Source of the DNA: Planctomycetota bacterium | GTDB lineage: Bacteria > Planctomycetota > B15-G4 > JADJEK01 | DNA: 64,000 nt | Reading direction: 5' to 3' | Assembly (NCBI GenBank): GCA_044225365.1 | Contig: JBGAIQ010000005.1 | Location: 21,287 to 85,286 of the forward strand | Shown: positions 37,738 through 47,720 of the stretch, piece by piece | Layout of the letters: each line of letters begins with the position of its first letter | How positions within the stretch are numbered: position 1 is the first letter of the stretch | Notes under the pieces: model-generated | What the model saw: the letters and a program-made list of their open reading frames with translations, nothing else | Told to the model about the DNA's origin: nothing | Databases searched by the model: none | Translations under genes and position numbers: made by a program

Positions 37738-40071
37738 TCATTCCTGCGGATACACGATCACTCGGTCGTGGACGATGATCGCCACGTCCGGCTTGCCGTC
37801 GCCCGTGCAGTCCGCGACGACGACCTCGCGCGGCTCGCGACCGCCGCGCTCCACCTCGAAGATCCGCGTCTCGAAGATCGTGAAACGAATCGCGTACTCG
37901 AGACTGTCCTTTCGGATCGCAGCGAACAGGAGTTGATGATCGACGGTCTCGCTGATCGCGACGTCGGCATTCTTGTCGCCATTCACGTCCCCCACCGCGA
38001 GGCGATCGGGAAACGCGTTCTTCAGCGGGAGATCGAAGTCCGCGACGACGGAGAAGCCCGCGTCGCTCGCTCCGTTCTTCACGACGGCGAGGCGATCGGC
38101 CGCGCCGACGACGATGTCCTGACGACCGTCGCCATCGAGATCGGCGCCCGCGATCATCGCGGGCGCGACGCCTGCGAGATCGACCTTGGCCTTGCGCACG
38201 GTCTGGTCGGCGTCGACCGCCCAGACCTCGAGATGCGCGCCGGTCTTGTTCGAGACCAGGAGCTCGTTCTTGCCGTCCCCATCGAGATCGAGCAATGTGA
38301 CGCGATCGACCTGCGCCGCGGGATCGTCGAGATTCAACTGCAACACCGTCTGCGGCTTGCCATCGGCGTCGAGGTAGATCGCGCGGGCGAAGTTGCCCTT
38401 CGGAACGATCAGCTCGTTCTTGCCGTCTCCGTCGGCGTCTCCGAACGTGAGTTGCGTACGCTCGAGCCCGTTCAAGATGCCGAGGCCGCGTTCCTCGAGT
38501 TTGACGTCCGCGTACTTGCCGTCCGCCGTCGCGAGCAGGAGTCGTGGAAGACTGCGCGGGAAGAACAGGAGCGCGTCGCGCTTGCCGTCGCGATTCACGT
38601 CGATGAGCCAGAGATCGGCCGGATCCTTCGGCAACTTGCCGAGATCGAACGTCGACCGCACCGCACCCTTCTCGTCGAGCGCGACGAGCGCGCCCTTCCG
38701 GTCCGAGCCCTTTCCGGACGCGGACACGATCACGATCTCGGCCTTCTTGTCGCCGTCGAGATCCGCGGCGTCGAGTGCGACGACGTCGCCGCCGTCCGGG
38801 ATCGGTAGTGCGTTGGGGAACGCGATCCCCGACTTCGGGTCGACCTTTGCGACGCCGATCACGCGTTCGGCGGCCGAGGCCACCACGAGTTCGAGTCTGC
38901 CGTCGCCGTCGACGTCTGCGAGACGCGGCTTGGCGACGCCGGAGAACGACGCCGCGATCTCGGGCGCGATGCTGCCGCCGAGGAGATCGCGATACAACAC
39001 GACCTGCGCCGCGCTCGGCTCGACGACGAGCAATTCGGACTTGTGATCGCCGTCGATGTCGCCGAAGACGAACTCGCGCTGATCCGCGTCCTTGATCGCT
39101 TGGAACGCGACCGAGCGCAGTTGCGATAGCGGCCCGTTGTCCGTCGTCTCGTCCTTCTTGTATCGCAGCAGCGCGAGGCGGCCGCTCTTGCTGCGGATCG
39201 CGACCGCTTCGGCGCCGGGCTCGTTGTCGAAATCGCCGACGACGAGCGCGCGGATCTCCGCGAAGCGCGAGGCGAGCTCGGGACCGAACGTCGCGCCGCC
39301 CTTGCCGAGCCGGAAGCGGATGGGCCACTCCGAATTGCCGACTGCGTAGGTGAGGTCGAGCTTGCCGTCGCCGTCGACGTCGAGGAGGTTCAACTGATCG
39401 GCGCCGCGAGTGGCGTTCGGCAAGCGCTTGCCCTCACCGAAACGACCGCCCTTGTCGGCACCGCTCGAGAGGAACAGATAGGTGTCATCGACACCGAGCA
39501 CGACGAGATCGAGCTTGCCGTCACCGTCGAGATCTCCCGACTTCAACGCGCTGTTGACGCCGCTCGCCTTCGTCACGTCGAGCCGCTGGACGAGCGAGTA
39601 GTCGGCGTGGTCGCCGCGCTTCTCGATCGTGACCTTCCCGGAATCACCGAGGTAGATCAACTCGGGCTTCTTGTCGCCGTCGAGATCGGCGAACGCGATC
39701 GCGGAGACCTTCTCCTCGACCGGCACGCTCTCGCGCACGAACGTGGTCTCGTCCGGGAGATCGTTCATCCGCTCGCGGCCTTCGCCCTTCTTGCCGTCGG
39801 TGGCCTTCTCGCCGGCCTTGGGCCGGCGCAGCAGTTCGATGCGTGCGCGCCCGTTGTTGACGAGAGCGAGGTCGCCCAGGCCGTCGCCGTCCACGTCGGC
39901 CGCGACGAGATCGCTGATCCCTTCACCGATCTTGGAGACGAGCAGCCCCTTCCACCCATAGTCGCCGGCGATCTTGCTGATCGTGTCCGAAGTCGTGTCG
40001 GTGTCGCCCGGCGCGACAGCCGGGGTGCAGGGAACGAACGCGAGCAGCACGGAAGCAATCGACGAAACCAT
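37738..40071 (-). CDS. Secreted FG-GAP/VCBS repeat protein
   Basis: Starts at an internal ATG (MVSSIASVLLAFVPCTPAVA). About 12 repeats of DxDGDGKxD/E[LI] (ADVDGDGLGDL, DLDGDGKLDL, DVDGDGKLDL, DLDGDGKNEL...) are present. Confidence 0.7.
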   Translation of the reverse strand: MVSSIASVLLAFVPCTPAVAPGDTDTTSDTISKIAGDYGWKGLLVSKIGEGISDLVAADVDGDGLGDLALVNNGRARIELLRRPKAGEKATDGKKGEGRERMNDLPDETTFVRESVPVEEKVSAIAFADLDGDKKPELIYLGDSGKVTIEKRGDHADYSLVQRLDVTKASGVNSALKSGDLDGDGKLDLVVLGVDDTYLFLSSGADKGGRFGEGKRLPNATRGADQLNLLDVDGDGKLDLTYAVGNSEWPIRFRLGKGGATFGPELASRFAEIRALVVGDFDNEPGAEAVAIRSKSGRLALLRYKKDETTDNGPLSQLRSVAFQAIKDADQREFVFGDIDGDHKSELLVVEPSAAQVVLYRDLLGGSIAPEIAASFSGVAKPRLADVDGDGRLELVVASAAERVIGVAKVDPKSGIAFPNALPIPDGGDVVALDAADLDGDKKAEIVIVSASGKGSDRKGALVALDEKGAVRSTFDLGKLPKDPADLWLIDVNRDGKRDALLFFPRSLPRLLLATADGKYADVKLEERGLGILNGLERTQLTFGDADGDGKNELIVPKGNFARAIYLDADGKPQTVLQLNLDDPAAQVDRVTLLDLDGDGKNELLVSNKTGAHLEVWAVDADQTVRKAKVDLAGVAPAMIAGADLDGDGRQDIVVGAADRLAVVKNGASDAGFSVVADFDLPLKNAFPDRLAVGDVNGDKNADVAISETVDHQLLFAAIRKDSLEYAIRFTIFETRIFEVERGGREPREVVVADCTGDGKPDVAIIVHDRVIVYPQE

Positions 40072-40201
40072 CCGCAAAGCCTCTCGAACGATGACGCGGG
40101 AATCGAGCGAGTCTACGGGAGGACTTCCGGGCAGGAAAGCATGGAGACTCGCCCAGATTCACACGGCGGGCGGCGACGGGATCGGCTTCGGGGGAGCCGG
40201 G

Positions 40202-41767
40202 TCAGAGGCAGCGCAGGTAGGCGGTGAGAGCTTTCTTGTCCGGCGCCGAGAGTTTCAGCGAGAGCGTCAGGTTGAAGAATTCGACCGTGTCCTCGAGCGT
40301 CAGGCAGCGGCCGTCGTGCAGGTACGGCGGGCTGTCCTTGATCCCTCGCAGGGTGAACGTCTTGATCGGACCATCGCCCGCCTCGTTGGCGACGAATCGC
40401 TCGAAGTGCAGGTTGTGCATCTGCTGATCGAGGTAGTAGGGCGCGGGATGACACGTCGCGCAACCTGCGGCGCCGAAGAACAGCTCCGATCCGCGCTTCT
40501 CCTCGGGCGTGGCTTTCGAAAGATCGAGTCGTCCGGTGATCGGATCGAGCTTCGGCGCGGGCGGGAAGTCGAGCATGTTCTGGAATTGCGCCATGTGGCT
40601 CACTTGAACGCGATCGAGGAAGTTCATGCCCTTCTTGATCGCGTGGATCTCGTCGCCGTTGAAGTACGCGGAGCGCTGCTCGAACTCCGTGAAGTCCTCG
40701 ACCGATCGCAGACTCCGCTTGCTGCCGTGGATCTGCTGCTCGCCGACGCCGCGCAGGCTCACGGTGTCGAGACGGAATCGCCGCTCCTGCGGCCGCAGAT
40801 CGGGGGAGAGATGGAACTGTCCCGTGGTGTGACCGTTCACGTGGCAGTCGAAGCAGGTCACGCCGAGGCTCGGCTCCGCCGTCTTTCGATCGTCGGTCGG
40901 GTTGAACTCCTCCTGGGAGAACGGAGTCACGAGCAGTCGCAGACCATCGAGCTGGACCGGAGTGAGAACGCTCTTGAACAGCGAGTAGTAGTTGTTGATC
41001 GACACGACCTGGCCGCGCGACACGTCGCCGAGCTCCGGGCGATTGACGAGGAAGATCGCGGGCGGGAATTCGGGGAGGAAGGCCTCGTGGAGATCGAAAT
41101 CGACGTCGAACCGCTGCAGGCGAGGGAACATCTCGAGCTGCATCTTGGGAAACACCTGCCCGCCGTTCACCTGCAGTGGATGCGGGAGCGCGGGGTACGG
41201 GAACACGCCGCTCTTACGGACGTCGTCGGCCGACATCGCGGCGAGCGCTTCCCAGGTCGTGCCCGCCGCGAGACGCGCGGTCGGCCCCACGTTCACGGGC
41301 TTGCCGCGCGACATCGTGACCGCAGGATCGGGATGCGGCGTGAGGTCGTAGCGCGCCGCCAGCAACGCCGCCTGTTCCGACATCACCCGCGGCTTCGCAT
41401 TGGATTCCTTCGCCATGATGTCCTCGAACTTCGCGCCGGGCTTGTCGGCGTTGAGGGGATCGCGCACGAAATCGAATCCGGTGATCCGGCCGCCGTTCGG
41501 TTGCTTGGTCACGGCGGCCGAGACGACCATGGGCTCCGCGCCGTCCAGCAGCGGAGACTTGTCGTGCTCGGTGAGGTTCTGTTCCGGTCGCTGCGCCGCG
41601 GGCTTCGCGGGAGTCTGGGCGGCTGCGATCGCATCGAAGGTCGTCGATCGGGTCGGGCTCGCGAGCGCGATCGCGGATCCCAGTAGAGCGAGAGATCCCG
41701 AGCGGAAGATGCGATGCGTGCCGCTTCGGGCATGGTGATGGAAGGCGTGGGCGAAGCGAACGAACAT
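40202..41767 (-). CDS. Di-heme cytochrome c peroxidase family protein (CCP/MauG-like)
   Basis: Starts at an internal ATG (MFVRFAHAFHH...), which gives a signal peptide. Two heme motifs, CFDCH and CATCH, are present, and the C-terminus carries the ...PYLHDGRCLTLEDTVEFFN signature of the CCP family. Confidence 0.8.
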   Translation of the reverse strand: MFVRFAHAFHHHARSGTHRIFRSGSLALLGSAIALASPTRSTTFDAIAAAQTPAKPAAQRPEQNLTEHDKSPLLDGAEPMVVSAAVTKQPNGGRITGFDFVRDPLNADKPGAKFEDIMAKESNAKPRVMSEQAALLAARYDLTPHPDPAVTMSRGKPVNVGPTARLAAGTTWEALAAMSADDVRKSGVFPYPALPHPLQVNGGQVFPKMQLEMFPRLQRFDVDFDLHEAFLPEFPPAIFLVNRPELGDVSRGQVVSINNYYSLFKSVLTPVQLDGLRLLVTPFSQEEFNPTDDRKTAEPSLGVTCFDCHVNGHTTGQFHLSPDLRPQERRFRLDTVSLRGVGEQQIHGSKRSLRSVEDFTEFEQRSAYFNGDEIHAIKKGMNFLDRVQVSHMAQFQNMLDFPPAPKLDPITGRLDLSKATPEEKRGSELFFGAAGCATCHPAPYYLDQQMHNLHFERFVANEAGDGPIKTFTLRGIKDSPPYLHDGRCLTLEDTVEFFNLTLSLKLSAPDKKALTAYLRCL

Positions 41768-42106
41768 GGAACTCTCCTCGAGCACCGATGGGATGGCGGA
41801 GCGAGGATTCAGCAAACGCGGAGCCGCGTGTGCGGCCACCGGCACGGCCGGCTCCCTCGCCATGCATGAACGGCGGAAGAACGGCGCGCCGCACATGCCT
41901 CGTCGAGCGCGCGACCGTGGGCGCGAGCTGCGGGCCGAGCGGGAAGATTGAAGAAAACGCATCCGACGACCAGCCCATGCCGCTCGCGGATCGACGAATC
42001 GAGAGCGGGATCGCGCTCGATTCGCCCCCTCATCGAATGGGTGGCGACTCCCATGCGCTTGTGATCGCACGTCGCGCGGCACGGCTTCTGCTGGCCTCGC
42101 CCGCTC

Positions 42107-43204
42107 GTGAGACGATTCCTCCCATCCCGGTTCGGCAAGATCGTCCTCGTGCTCGCGGTGCTCCTCGCGGCGTGCCGGGTGGCGCTACCGTTCGTGGTGC
42201 GCGGATACGTGGTGCGCACTCTCAACGCCGGCGGCGAGTACGACGCGTCGATCCGCGACCTCGACATCTCGCTATGGCGAGGCGCGTACTCGATCGAGGG
42301 GATCACGATCGACAAGCGGGACAAGCAGGGTCGAACCCCATTCCTCTACATCGAGCGGCTCGAGATCGCGCTCGACGGACGGTCGCTGCTCCATGGCCGC
42401 ATCCTGGCGGCGACCCGCCTCGAGTCTCCGGTCGTGAACTTCGAGATCGCGAAGGAGACTCGCGAGACGCAGGTGGGAACGGGCGTGGCGTGGCAGGATC
42501 GGCTCGCGGACCTCGCGCCGGTCGACATCCAGCGGTTCGTCGTCGCCGGCGGCTTCGTGCACTTCCTCGACGCCACCCGAGATCCCAAGATCGACGTGTT
42601 CGCGATGGCGATCGCCGTCGAGGCGAAGAACCTCAAGAATCGCTCGGAGTATGGCGCCTCGGATCCCGCGACCTTGCACGTCAGCGCGCGCACGGTCGGG
42701 AACGGCGAAGTGCGCGGCTCGATGCGCTGGGATCCCCTCGCGACGCCCCCGCGCTTCGATCTCGATCTCGCGATCGAGCAGCTCGATCTCACGCGGCTCA
42801 ACGATCTGTTCCGGGCGCTCGGCGACTTCGACTTCGAGAAGGGCCGCGCCGATGTCTACGTGGAACTCGCCGCCGACCGCGGGCGCATCCACGGCTACGT
42901 GAAACCGCTGCTGCACGATCTCGACGTCCTCGACTGGAAGCACGAGGAGAAGGGCGAGGGAGTGACGGGCAAGTTGTGGGAAGGCGTCGTCGGCGGACTG
43001 TCGCAGATCTTCAAGAATCAGCCGCGCGATCGCCTCGGGGCCCGCATCTTCGTCGAAGGGGACATCTCGGATCCGCGCATCGGCGTCTTCGAGATCGTCC
43101 TCAGCGTCTTGCGCAATGCATTCGTGCGCGCGCTCTCGCCCGGCATCGACGACGAGATCGGTTCCGCCTCCGACCCCGTCTCGATCGCGGAGCAACTGCG
43201 ATGA
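42107..43204 (+). CDS. Membrane-anchored hypothetical protein (AsmA/DUF748-like)
   Basis: 365 aa with a GTG start in the track. An N-terminal TM anchor, FGKIVLVLAVLLAACRVALPFVV, is followed by a soluble beta-rich region. The assignment is tentative. Confidence 0.45.
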   Translation: MRRFLPSRFGKIVLVLAVLLAACRVALPFVVRGYVVRTLNAGGEYDASIRDLDISLWRGAYSIEGITIDKRDKQGRTPFLYIERLEIALDGRSLLHGRILAATRLESPVVNFEIAKETRETQVGTGVAWQDRLADLAPVDIQRFVVAGGFVHFLDATRDPKIDVFAMAIAVEAKNLKNRSEYGASDPATLHVSARTVGNGEVRGSMRWDPLATPPRFDLDLAIEQLDLTRLNDLFRALGDFDFEKGRADVYVELAADRGRIHGYVKPLLHDLDVLDWKHEEKGEGVTGKLWEGVVGGLSQIFKNQPRDRLGARIFVEGDISDPRIGVFEIVLSVLRNAFVRALSPGIDDEIGSASDPVSIAEQLR

Positions 43205-44232
43205 GTCGGACGATCGCGCGCGTCGCGAGTTCCTCCCGAGCCGACTGGATCCTCGCGATCTCGGCGGCGTGGGCCTGCACGAGCTGCGCGGCGCTGCTCG
43301 GTGAAGACCCCGCGCCCAAGCTCGTCGATCCCGATCTCCCCGCCAAGGAGCGTCACGCGGAGGATGTCGGCGCCGAAACGGGGGCCGAGAACGCCGCTGC
43401 CACCGAGGCGCTGTCCGAAGTGCTCTCCACCTTCGTGGACGCCGACGGAAACATCTCGTACGTGGCGCTGCGCACGCATCGGCAGATGCTCGACCGCTAT
43501 CTCGATTCGCTGGTGCGGGTGCCGGCCGATCGCTTCGCGACCTGGAGCCGCAACGACCAGCTCGCGTTCTGGATCAACGCCTACAACGGATTCGTCATCG
43601 ACACGATGATCCGCCATCACCCGATCTCGCGGTCGGGCTGGCTGAAAGGGCTGGGGTATCCGAGCGACAGCATCCAGCAGATCGATGGCGTGTTCGCGAC
43701 GGAGAAGCACGCCGTCCTCGACCGTCATCTCTCGCTGGACGAGATCCGCGACGGCATCCTGCGGAAGGACTTCCGCGATCCGCGGATCCTCTTCGCACTC
43801 GTCAACGGCGCGCGCTCGAGCCCGCCCTTGCGTCAGCAGCCGTACGCCGGCTCGCGCCTCGATGCGGAGCTCGCGCGACAGATCGAGCGATTCCTCTCTG
43901 ATCCGACGCGGGGCGTCGCGGTCGACCAGTACGGGCGCGTGATCCGCATCTCCAAGATCTTCGACTGGTACGCCGGCGATTTCCGTGACGGCTACTCGAC
44001 GGAGCGCTTCGTCGCTCGCGCGGCCGAGCTGCGGCCGGCGCTCGAGTTCATGGCGACGTACGGCGACGCGAGACTCGTCGAGGCCTTCGAAGGGAAGACC
44101 TACGACGTGAAGTTCATGGACTTCGACTGGGCGCAGAATCGCTCGGTCCCGGTCGACGACGACCGATCGTTCGATCTCGACGCGATGACCGGGCGCGAAA
44201 AGGACGCAGTGAAGAAGGACGAACCCCGATGA
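43201..44232 (+). CDS. DUF547-like domain protein
   Basis: ATG within track ORF 41788..44232, overlapping the upstream stop (ATGA). The central ...AFWINAYNGFVIDTMIRHHP...RDPRILFALVNGARSSPPL... matches my recollection of DUF547. Confidence 0.5.
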   Translation: MSRTIARVASSSRADWILAISAAWACTSCAALLGEDPAPKLVDPDLPAKERHAEDVGAETGAENAAATEALSEVLSTFVDADGNISYVALRTHRQMLDRYLDSLVRVPADRFATWSRNDQLAFWINAYNGFVIDTMIRHHPISRSGWLKGLGYPSDSIQQIDGVFATEKHAVLDRHLSLDEIRDGILRKDFRDPRILFALVNGARSSPPLRQQPYAGSRLDAELARQIERFLSDPTRGVAVDQYGRVIRISKIFDWYAGDFRDGYSTERFVARAAELRPALEFMATYGDARLVEAFEGKTYDVKFMDFDWAQNRSVPVDDDRSFDLDAMTGREKDAVKKDEPR

Positions 44233-45779
44233 GGACTCCCACACATCCGCACTCGAGCATTCCGGGTCCGCGATCTCCCGCGAGATCGCGGCGCCTGCGA
44301 GCCATCGACGTCGCGCCGCCCGCCATCGTCATGATGATGGCGGGTTGCTCGGCCGGCGTCGGCGGCGGCGGTCAGACCGAATTCGAGCCGCCGCGAACCA
44401 TCACGCTCTCCGACATCGCGGTTCCCTACGGGTTCACGATCGAGCTGGTCGCGTCGGGTTTGGAATGCCCGACCGGCGTGACCTTCGACGACAAGGGATT
44501 CCCCTGTATCGTGGAGTCGGGCTATCGCGGCAAAGCTCCCCCGGCCGCACCCCGATTGCTGCGCATCGCCGACGACGGATCGAGCACCGTTCTCGCGGTG
44601 GGCTCTCCGGAGAGTGCACCGTGGAACGGCGTCGCTCACGCGGAGGAGTCGTTCTACGTCGCGGCGGGCGGCCAGGAGCGCGGGAGCATCCTGCGCATCG
44701 ATGCCGCCGGCAAGATCGAAACTCTCGTCGCGGATCTGCCGAGCGCCGGCGACCACAAGACGAACGGTCCCGTCGTCGGGAAGGACGGCTCGCTCTACTT
44801 CGGCCAGGGAACGGCCACGAATGCCGGGGTCGTCGGCGAGGATTCGGAGGCGTTCGGCTGGCTCATGCAGCACCCGGACACCTGCGACATCCCGGCGAAG
44901 GACATCGTCCTCTCGGGAGTGAACTTCCAGTGCGACGACGTCCTCTTGCGAAAAGGCACCGCGATCACGGGCGCCTTCCTGCCGTTCGGGACGCCCTCGC
45001 ACGAGGGCCAGATCATCCACGGCCAACTGCCGTGCAACGGCGCGATCTTCAGGCTGCCGAACGTCGCCGCCAGGACGGCGAACTCGGACGCCGAGAAACC
45101 CGTCGCGCTGGAGCTCGTGGCGTGGGGATTCCGCAACCCGTATGCACTCTGCATCGCACCGGATGGCGCGCTGTACGCGATCGACAACGGCTACGACATG
45201 CGCGGCAGTCGCCGGGTGTTCGGAAGCGGCGAGGCGGTCTATCACGTCGAGGCGGATCGCTGGTACGGCTGGCCGGATTTCGATTGCGGGATGCCGCTCA
45301 CGGACGATCGGTATGGCGAGTCCGAGGCCGAGAAGCCGCTCGCCTTCCTGCTGAAGGACCATCCCGAGAACCCGCCCGGACCCTTGGCCGTGCTGCCGGT
45401 ACATTCTTCCGCGGACGGCATCGACATCTCGCGCAGCGAGACCTTCGGATTCGCGGGTCAGGCCTTCATCGCGGAGTTCGGCGACCAGGCGCCCGCGATC
45501 GGAACGGTGGCGGCGCCCGTCGGCTTCAGGGTGGTGCGAGTCGATCTCGCCACGGGGAGCGCGACGGACTTCGCGGTGAATCACGGCGCGATCGGCGGCC
45601 CGGCATCGAAGTTCTCGAACCACGGGCTCGAGCGACCCATCGCACTGCGCTTCGATCCGATCGGAACGAGCCTCTACGTCGTCGACTTCGGAGTCGTCCT
45701 CGAGACGCAGGGCGGGACGAAGCCAATCGTGGGGACCGGCGCCTTGTTCCGCATCCGTCGCACGAGCACGCCGCGATGA
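44229..45779 (+). CDS. Lipoprotein, soluble quinoprotein glucose/sorbosone dehydrogenase-like (SGL, PQQ-dependent) beta-propeller
   Basis: 516 aa. The ATG overlaps the upstream stop (ATGA). A lipobox ...IVMMMAGC is present, together with the motifs WGFRNPYALCIAPDGALYAIDNG and RPIALRFDP... typical of the SGL family. Confidence 0.65.
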   Translation: MRTPTHPHSSIPGPRSPARSRRLRAIDVAPPAIVMMMAGCSAGVGGGGQTEFEPPRTITLSDIAVPYGFTIELVASGLECPTGVTFDDKGFPCIVESGYRGKAPPAAPRLLRIADDGSSTVLAVGSPESAPWNGVAHAEESFYVAAGGQERGSILRIDAAGKIETLVADLPSAGDHKTNGPVVGKDGSLYFGQGTATNAGVVGEDSEAFGWLMQHPDTCDIPAKDIVLSGVNFQCDDVLLRKGTAITGAFLPFGTPSHEGQIIHGQLPCNGAIFRLPNVAARTANSDAEKPVALELVAWGFRNPYALCIAPDGALYAIDNGYDMRGSRRVFGSGEAVYHVEADRWYGWPDFDCGMPLTDDRYGESEAEKPLAFLLKDHPENPPGPLAVLPVHSSADGIDISRSETFGFAGQAFIAEFGDQAPAIGTVAAPVGFRVVRVDLATGSATDFAVNHGAIGGPASKFSNHGLERPIALRFDPIGTSLYVVDFGVVLETQGGTKPIVGTGALFRIRRTSTPR

Positions 45780-46156
45780 AGCTCCCACCCACTCCCTTCG
45801 TCGGCGCGACCTTGCTGTGCGCTCTCGTCGCCTGCTCCGAGTCCGCGCGCTGGGCGCCTCCCCTCGGGCCTCCGCTCCGCGTCCAGCCGGGCGAAGGGGC
45901 GCAAGCGTTCGACGCCGCGCGCCGATCCTTCGAGATCCACTGCGATCGATGTCACCCGAACGGTGAGCCGGGCCTCGGCCCCTCGTTGAACGGGACCTCC
46001 CTGCCGGAGTGGCTCGTCCGCCTGCAGATCCGGCGTGGCTTCGGCCCCATGCCTGCGTTCGGCAACGAACTCGACGACGCCGAGATCGATCGCCTCGCAT
46101 GGTACGTTCGACGCATGCAGGCCCAATCGGTCCCGACGCGCGAGCGATTCAAGTGA
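45776..46156 (+). CDS. Class I c-type cytochrome (lipoprotein), likely electron acceptor of the adjacent dehydrogenase
   Basis: The ATG overlaps the upstream stop (ATGA). The N-terminus MKLPPTPFVGATLLCALVACS precedes a single CDRCH heme motif, and a conserved methionine follows downstream (GFGPMPAF). Confidence 0.7.
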   Translation: MKLPPTPFVGATLLCALVACSESARWAPPLGPPLRVQPGEGAQAFDAARRSFEIHCDRCHPNGEPGLGPSLNGTSLPEWLVRLQIRRGFGPMPAFGNELDDAEIDRLAWYVRRMQAQSVPTRERFK

Positions 46157-46278
46157 CGCGTCTTCCCTCGTTTCCAGTCGAGGGGCGAATCGCCAGCGAA
46201 TACGAGCGCGGCGATTGAGAACGGCGCGGGCCCGAATACAATCGATGCCGCCCACGTCCTCTCTCGCCGGAAATCCTC

Positions 46279-47253
46279 ATGCGCACTCGTCGACTCTGCT
46301 GCATCGCCTGCGCCGTCTTCCTCGGATTCGTCGCCGCCACTGTGCGTGCCGACGAAGTGAAGCTCAACGACGGCAAGGTCGTGAAGGGTGGAGTCCTGAA
46401 GGAGACGGACGACAAGGTCTGGATCGATCTCGGCTTCACGGTGCTCGAGGTGCCGAAGGCGAAGATCACCGAGCGCAAGAGCGACGATGCTGCCGCCGCC
46501 GCGACGGCGAGCGAAGGCAAGGAAGTGAAGAAGGACCTCTGGACCGAGTCGACCCAGCTCGAGCCCATCACGGTGGAGAAGGCGCTCCTGAAGTTCGGCG
46601 AAGGCGTGGTGATGGTGAAGGTGCCGAACGCCCTCGGTTCCGGTTTCATCATTCGCGAGGACGGTTACATCGTGACCAACTCGCACGTCGTCCAGGGCGA
46701 GATCGACGTCTCGGTGACGGTGTACAAGAAGGTCGAGGGCCGCCTCGAGCGCAAGAGCTACGACAAGGTGCAAATCGTCGCGGTGAATCCGTTCATCGAC
46801 CTCGCCTTGCTCAAGATCGACGCGAAGGAACTCGGCGACACGAAGCTGACGAAGGTCTACTTCGGGCGCACCGAGGACGTGAAGCAAGGATCGCAGGTCT
46901 TCGCCGTCGGCGCGCCGCGCGGCCTCGACTTCACGCAGACGCAGGGCTCCGTGTCGAGCACGAATCGCGCGATGGACGGCAAGGTCTACATCCAGATCGA
47001 TGCGCCGATCAATCCCGGCAACTCGGGTGGTCCTCTCTTCAACGAGAAGGGCGAAGTGATCGGCGTGAACTCGCTGAAGCTCGGCGCGTCCGAGGGGCTC
47101 AACTTCTCGATCCCGATCGACTACGTGAAGCACTTCATCGTCAACCGTGACGCCTTCGCGTTCGACCGCGACAATCCGAACACCGGCCATCGCTATCTCG
47201 CTCCGCCCACGAAGCAGAAGAAGGACGCGACGCCCGAAGGGAAATCGTCTTGA
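46279..47253 (+). CDS. Trypsin-like serine protease (S1C, HtrA/DegP-like catalytic domain without PDZ)
   Basis: A signal peptide is present. The catalytic triad is in the canonical order: ...TNSHVV (His), ...DLALLKI (Asp), ...GNSGGPL (Ser). Confidence 0.75.
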   Translation: MRTRRLCCIACAVFLGFVAATVRADEVKLNDGKVVKGGVLKETDDKVWIDLGFTVLEVPKAKITERKSDDAAAAATASEGKEVKKDLWTESTQLEPITVEKALLKFGEGVVMVKVPNALGSGFIIREDGYIVTNSHVVQGEIDVSVTVYKKVEGRLERKSYDKVQIVAVNPFIDLALLKIDAKELGDTKLTKVYFGRTEDVKQGSQVFAVGAPRGLDFTQTQGSVSSTNRAMDGKVYIQIDAPINPGNSGGPLFNEKGEVIGVNSLKLGASEGLNFSIPIDYVKHFIVNRDAFAFDRDNPNTGHRYLAPPTKQKKDATPEGKSS

Positions 47254-47717
47254 CGGCGCCTTCCGAATGGAGCGGGCAAGGACTTCGAATCGCAGTCCTC
47301 TTCTCGCGCTTCAATTCCGAGATCACCGATCGATTGCTCGAAGGCGCGAAGCGTGAGCTTTCGCGCAGCGGAGTTACTCGCGATCGCACCTTGTTCGAAT
47401 CCGTCCCGGGTGCGTTCGAGCTGCCGCTCGCCGCGAAGATCGCGGCGAAGAGCAAGCGATTCGACGCGGTCGTCGCACTCGGCTGCGTGATCCGGGGCGA
47501 GACGGATCACTATCGCCACGTCTGCGAAGGCGCGACGCGCGGCATCCTGCTCGCGAGCCTCGAGACCGAGACCCCGATCGCGTTCGGCGTTCTGACGACC
47601 GACAACGAATCCCAGGCCCTCGAGCGCTCGGGCAACGACCTCGACGACAACAAAGGTGCCGAAGCGGTTCGCGTCGCGATCGAGATGGTCCACAAGCTCC
47701 GTCGGCTCGGGAACTGA
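47250..47717 (+). CDS. ribH: 6,7-dimethyl-8-ribityllumazine synthase
   Basis: 155 aa with a TTG start in the track that overlaps the protease stop. The sequence ...GLRIAVLFSRFNSEIT...VPGAFELP...ALGCVIRGETDHY... matches RibH end to end. It is followed by nusB, the classical ribH-nusB pairing. Confidence 0.85.
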   Translation: MTAPSEWSGQGLRIAVLFSRFNSEITDRLLEGAKRELSRSGVTRDRTLFESVPGAFELPLAAKIAAKSKRFDAVVALGCVIRGETDHYRHVCEGATRGILLASLETETPIAFGVLTTDNESQALERSGNDLDDNKGAEAVRVAIEMVHKLRRLGN

Positions 47718-47720
47718 GAC

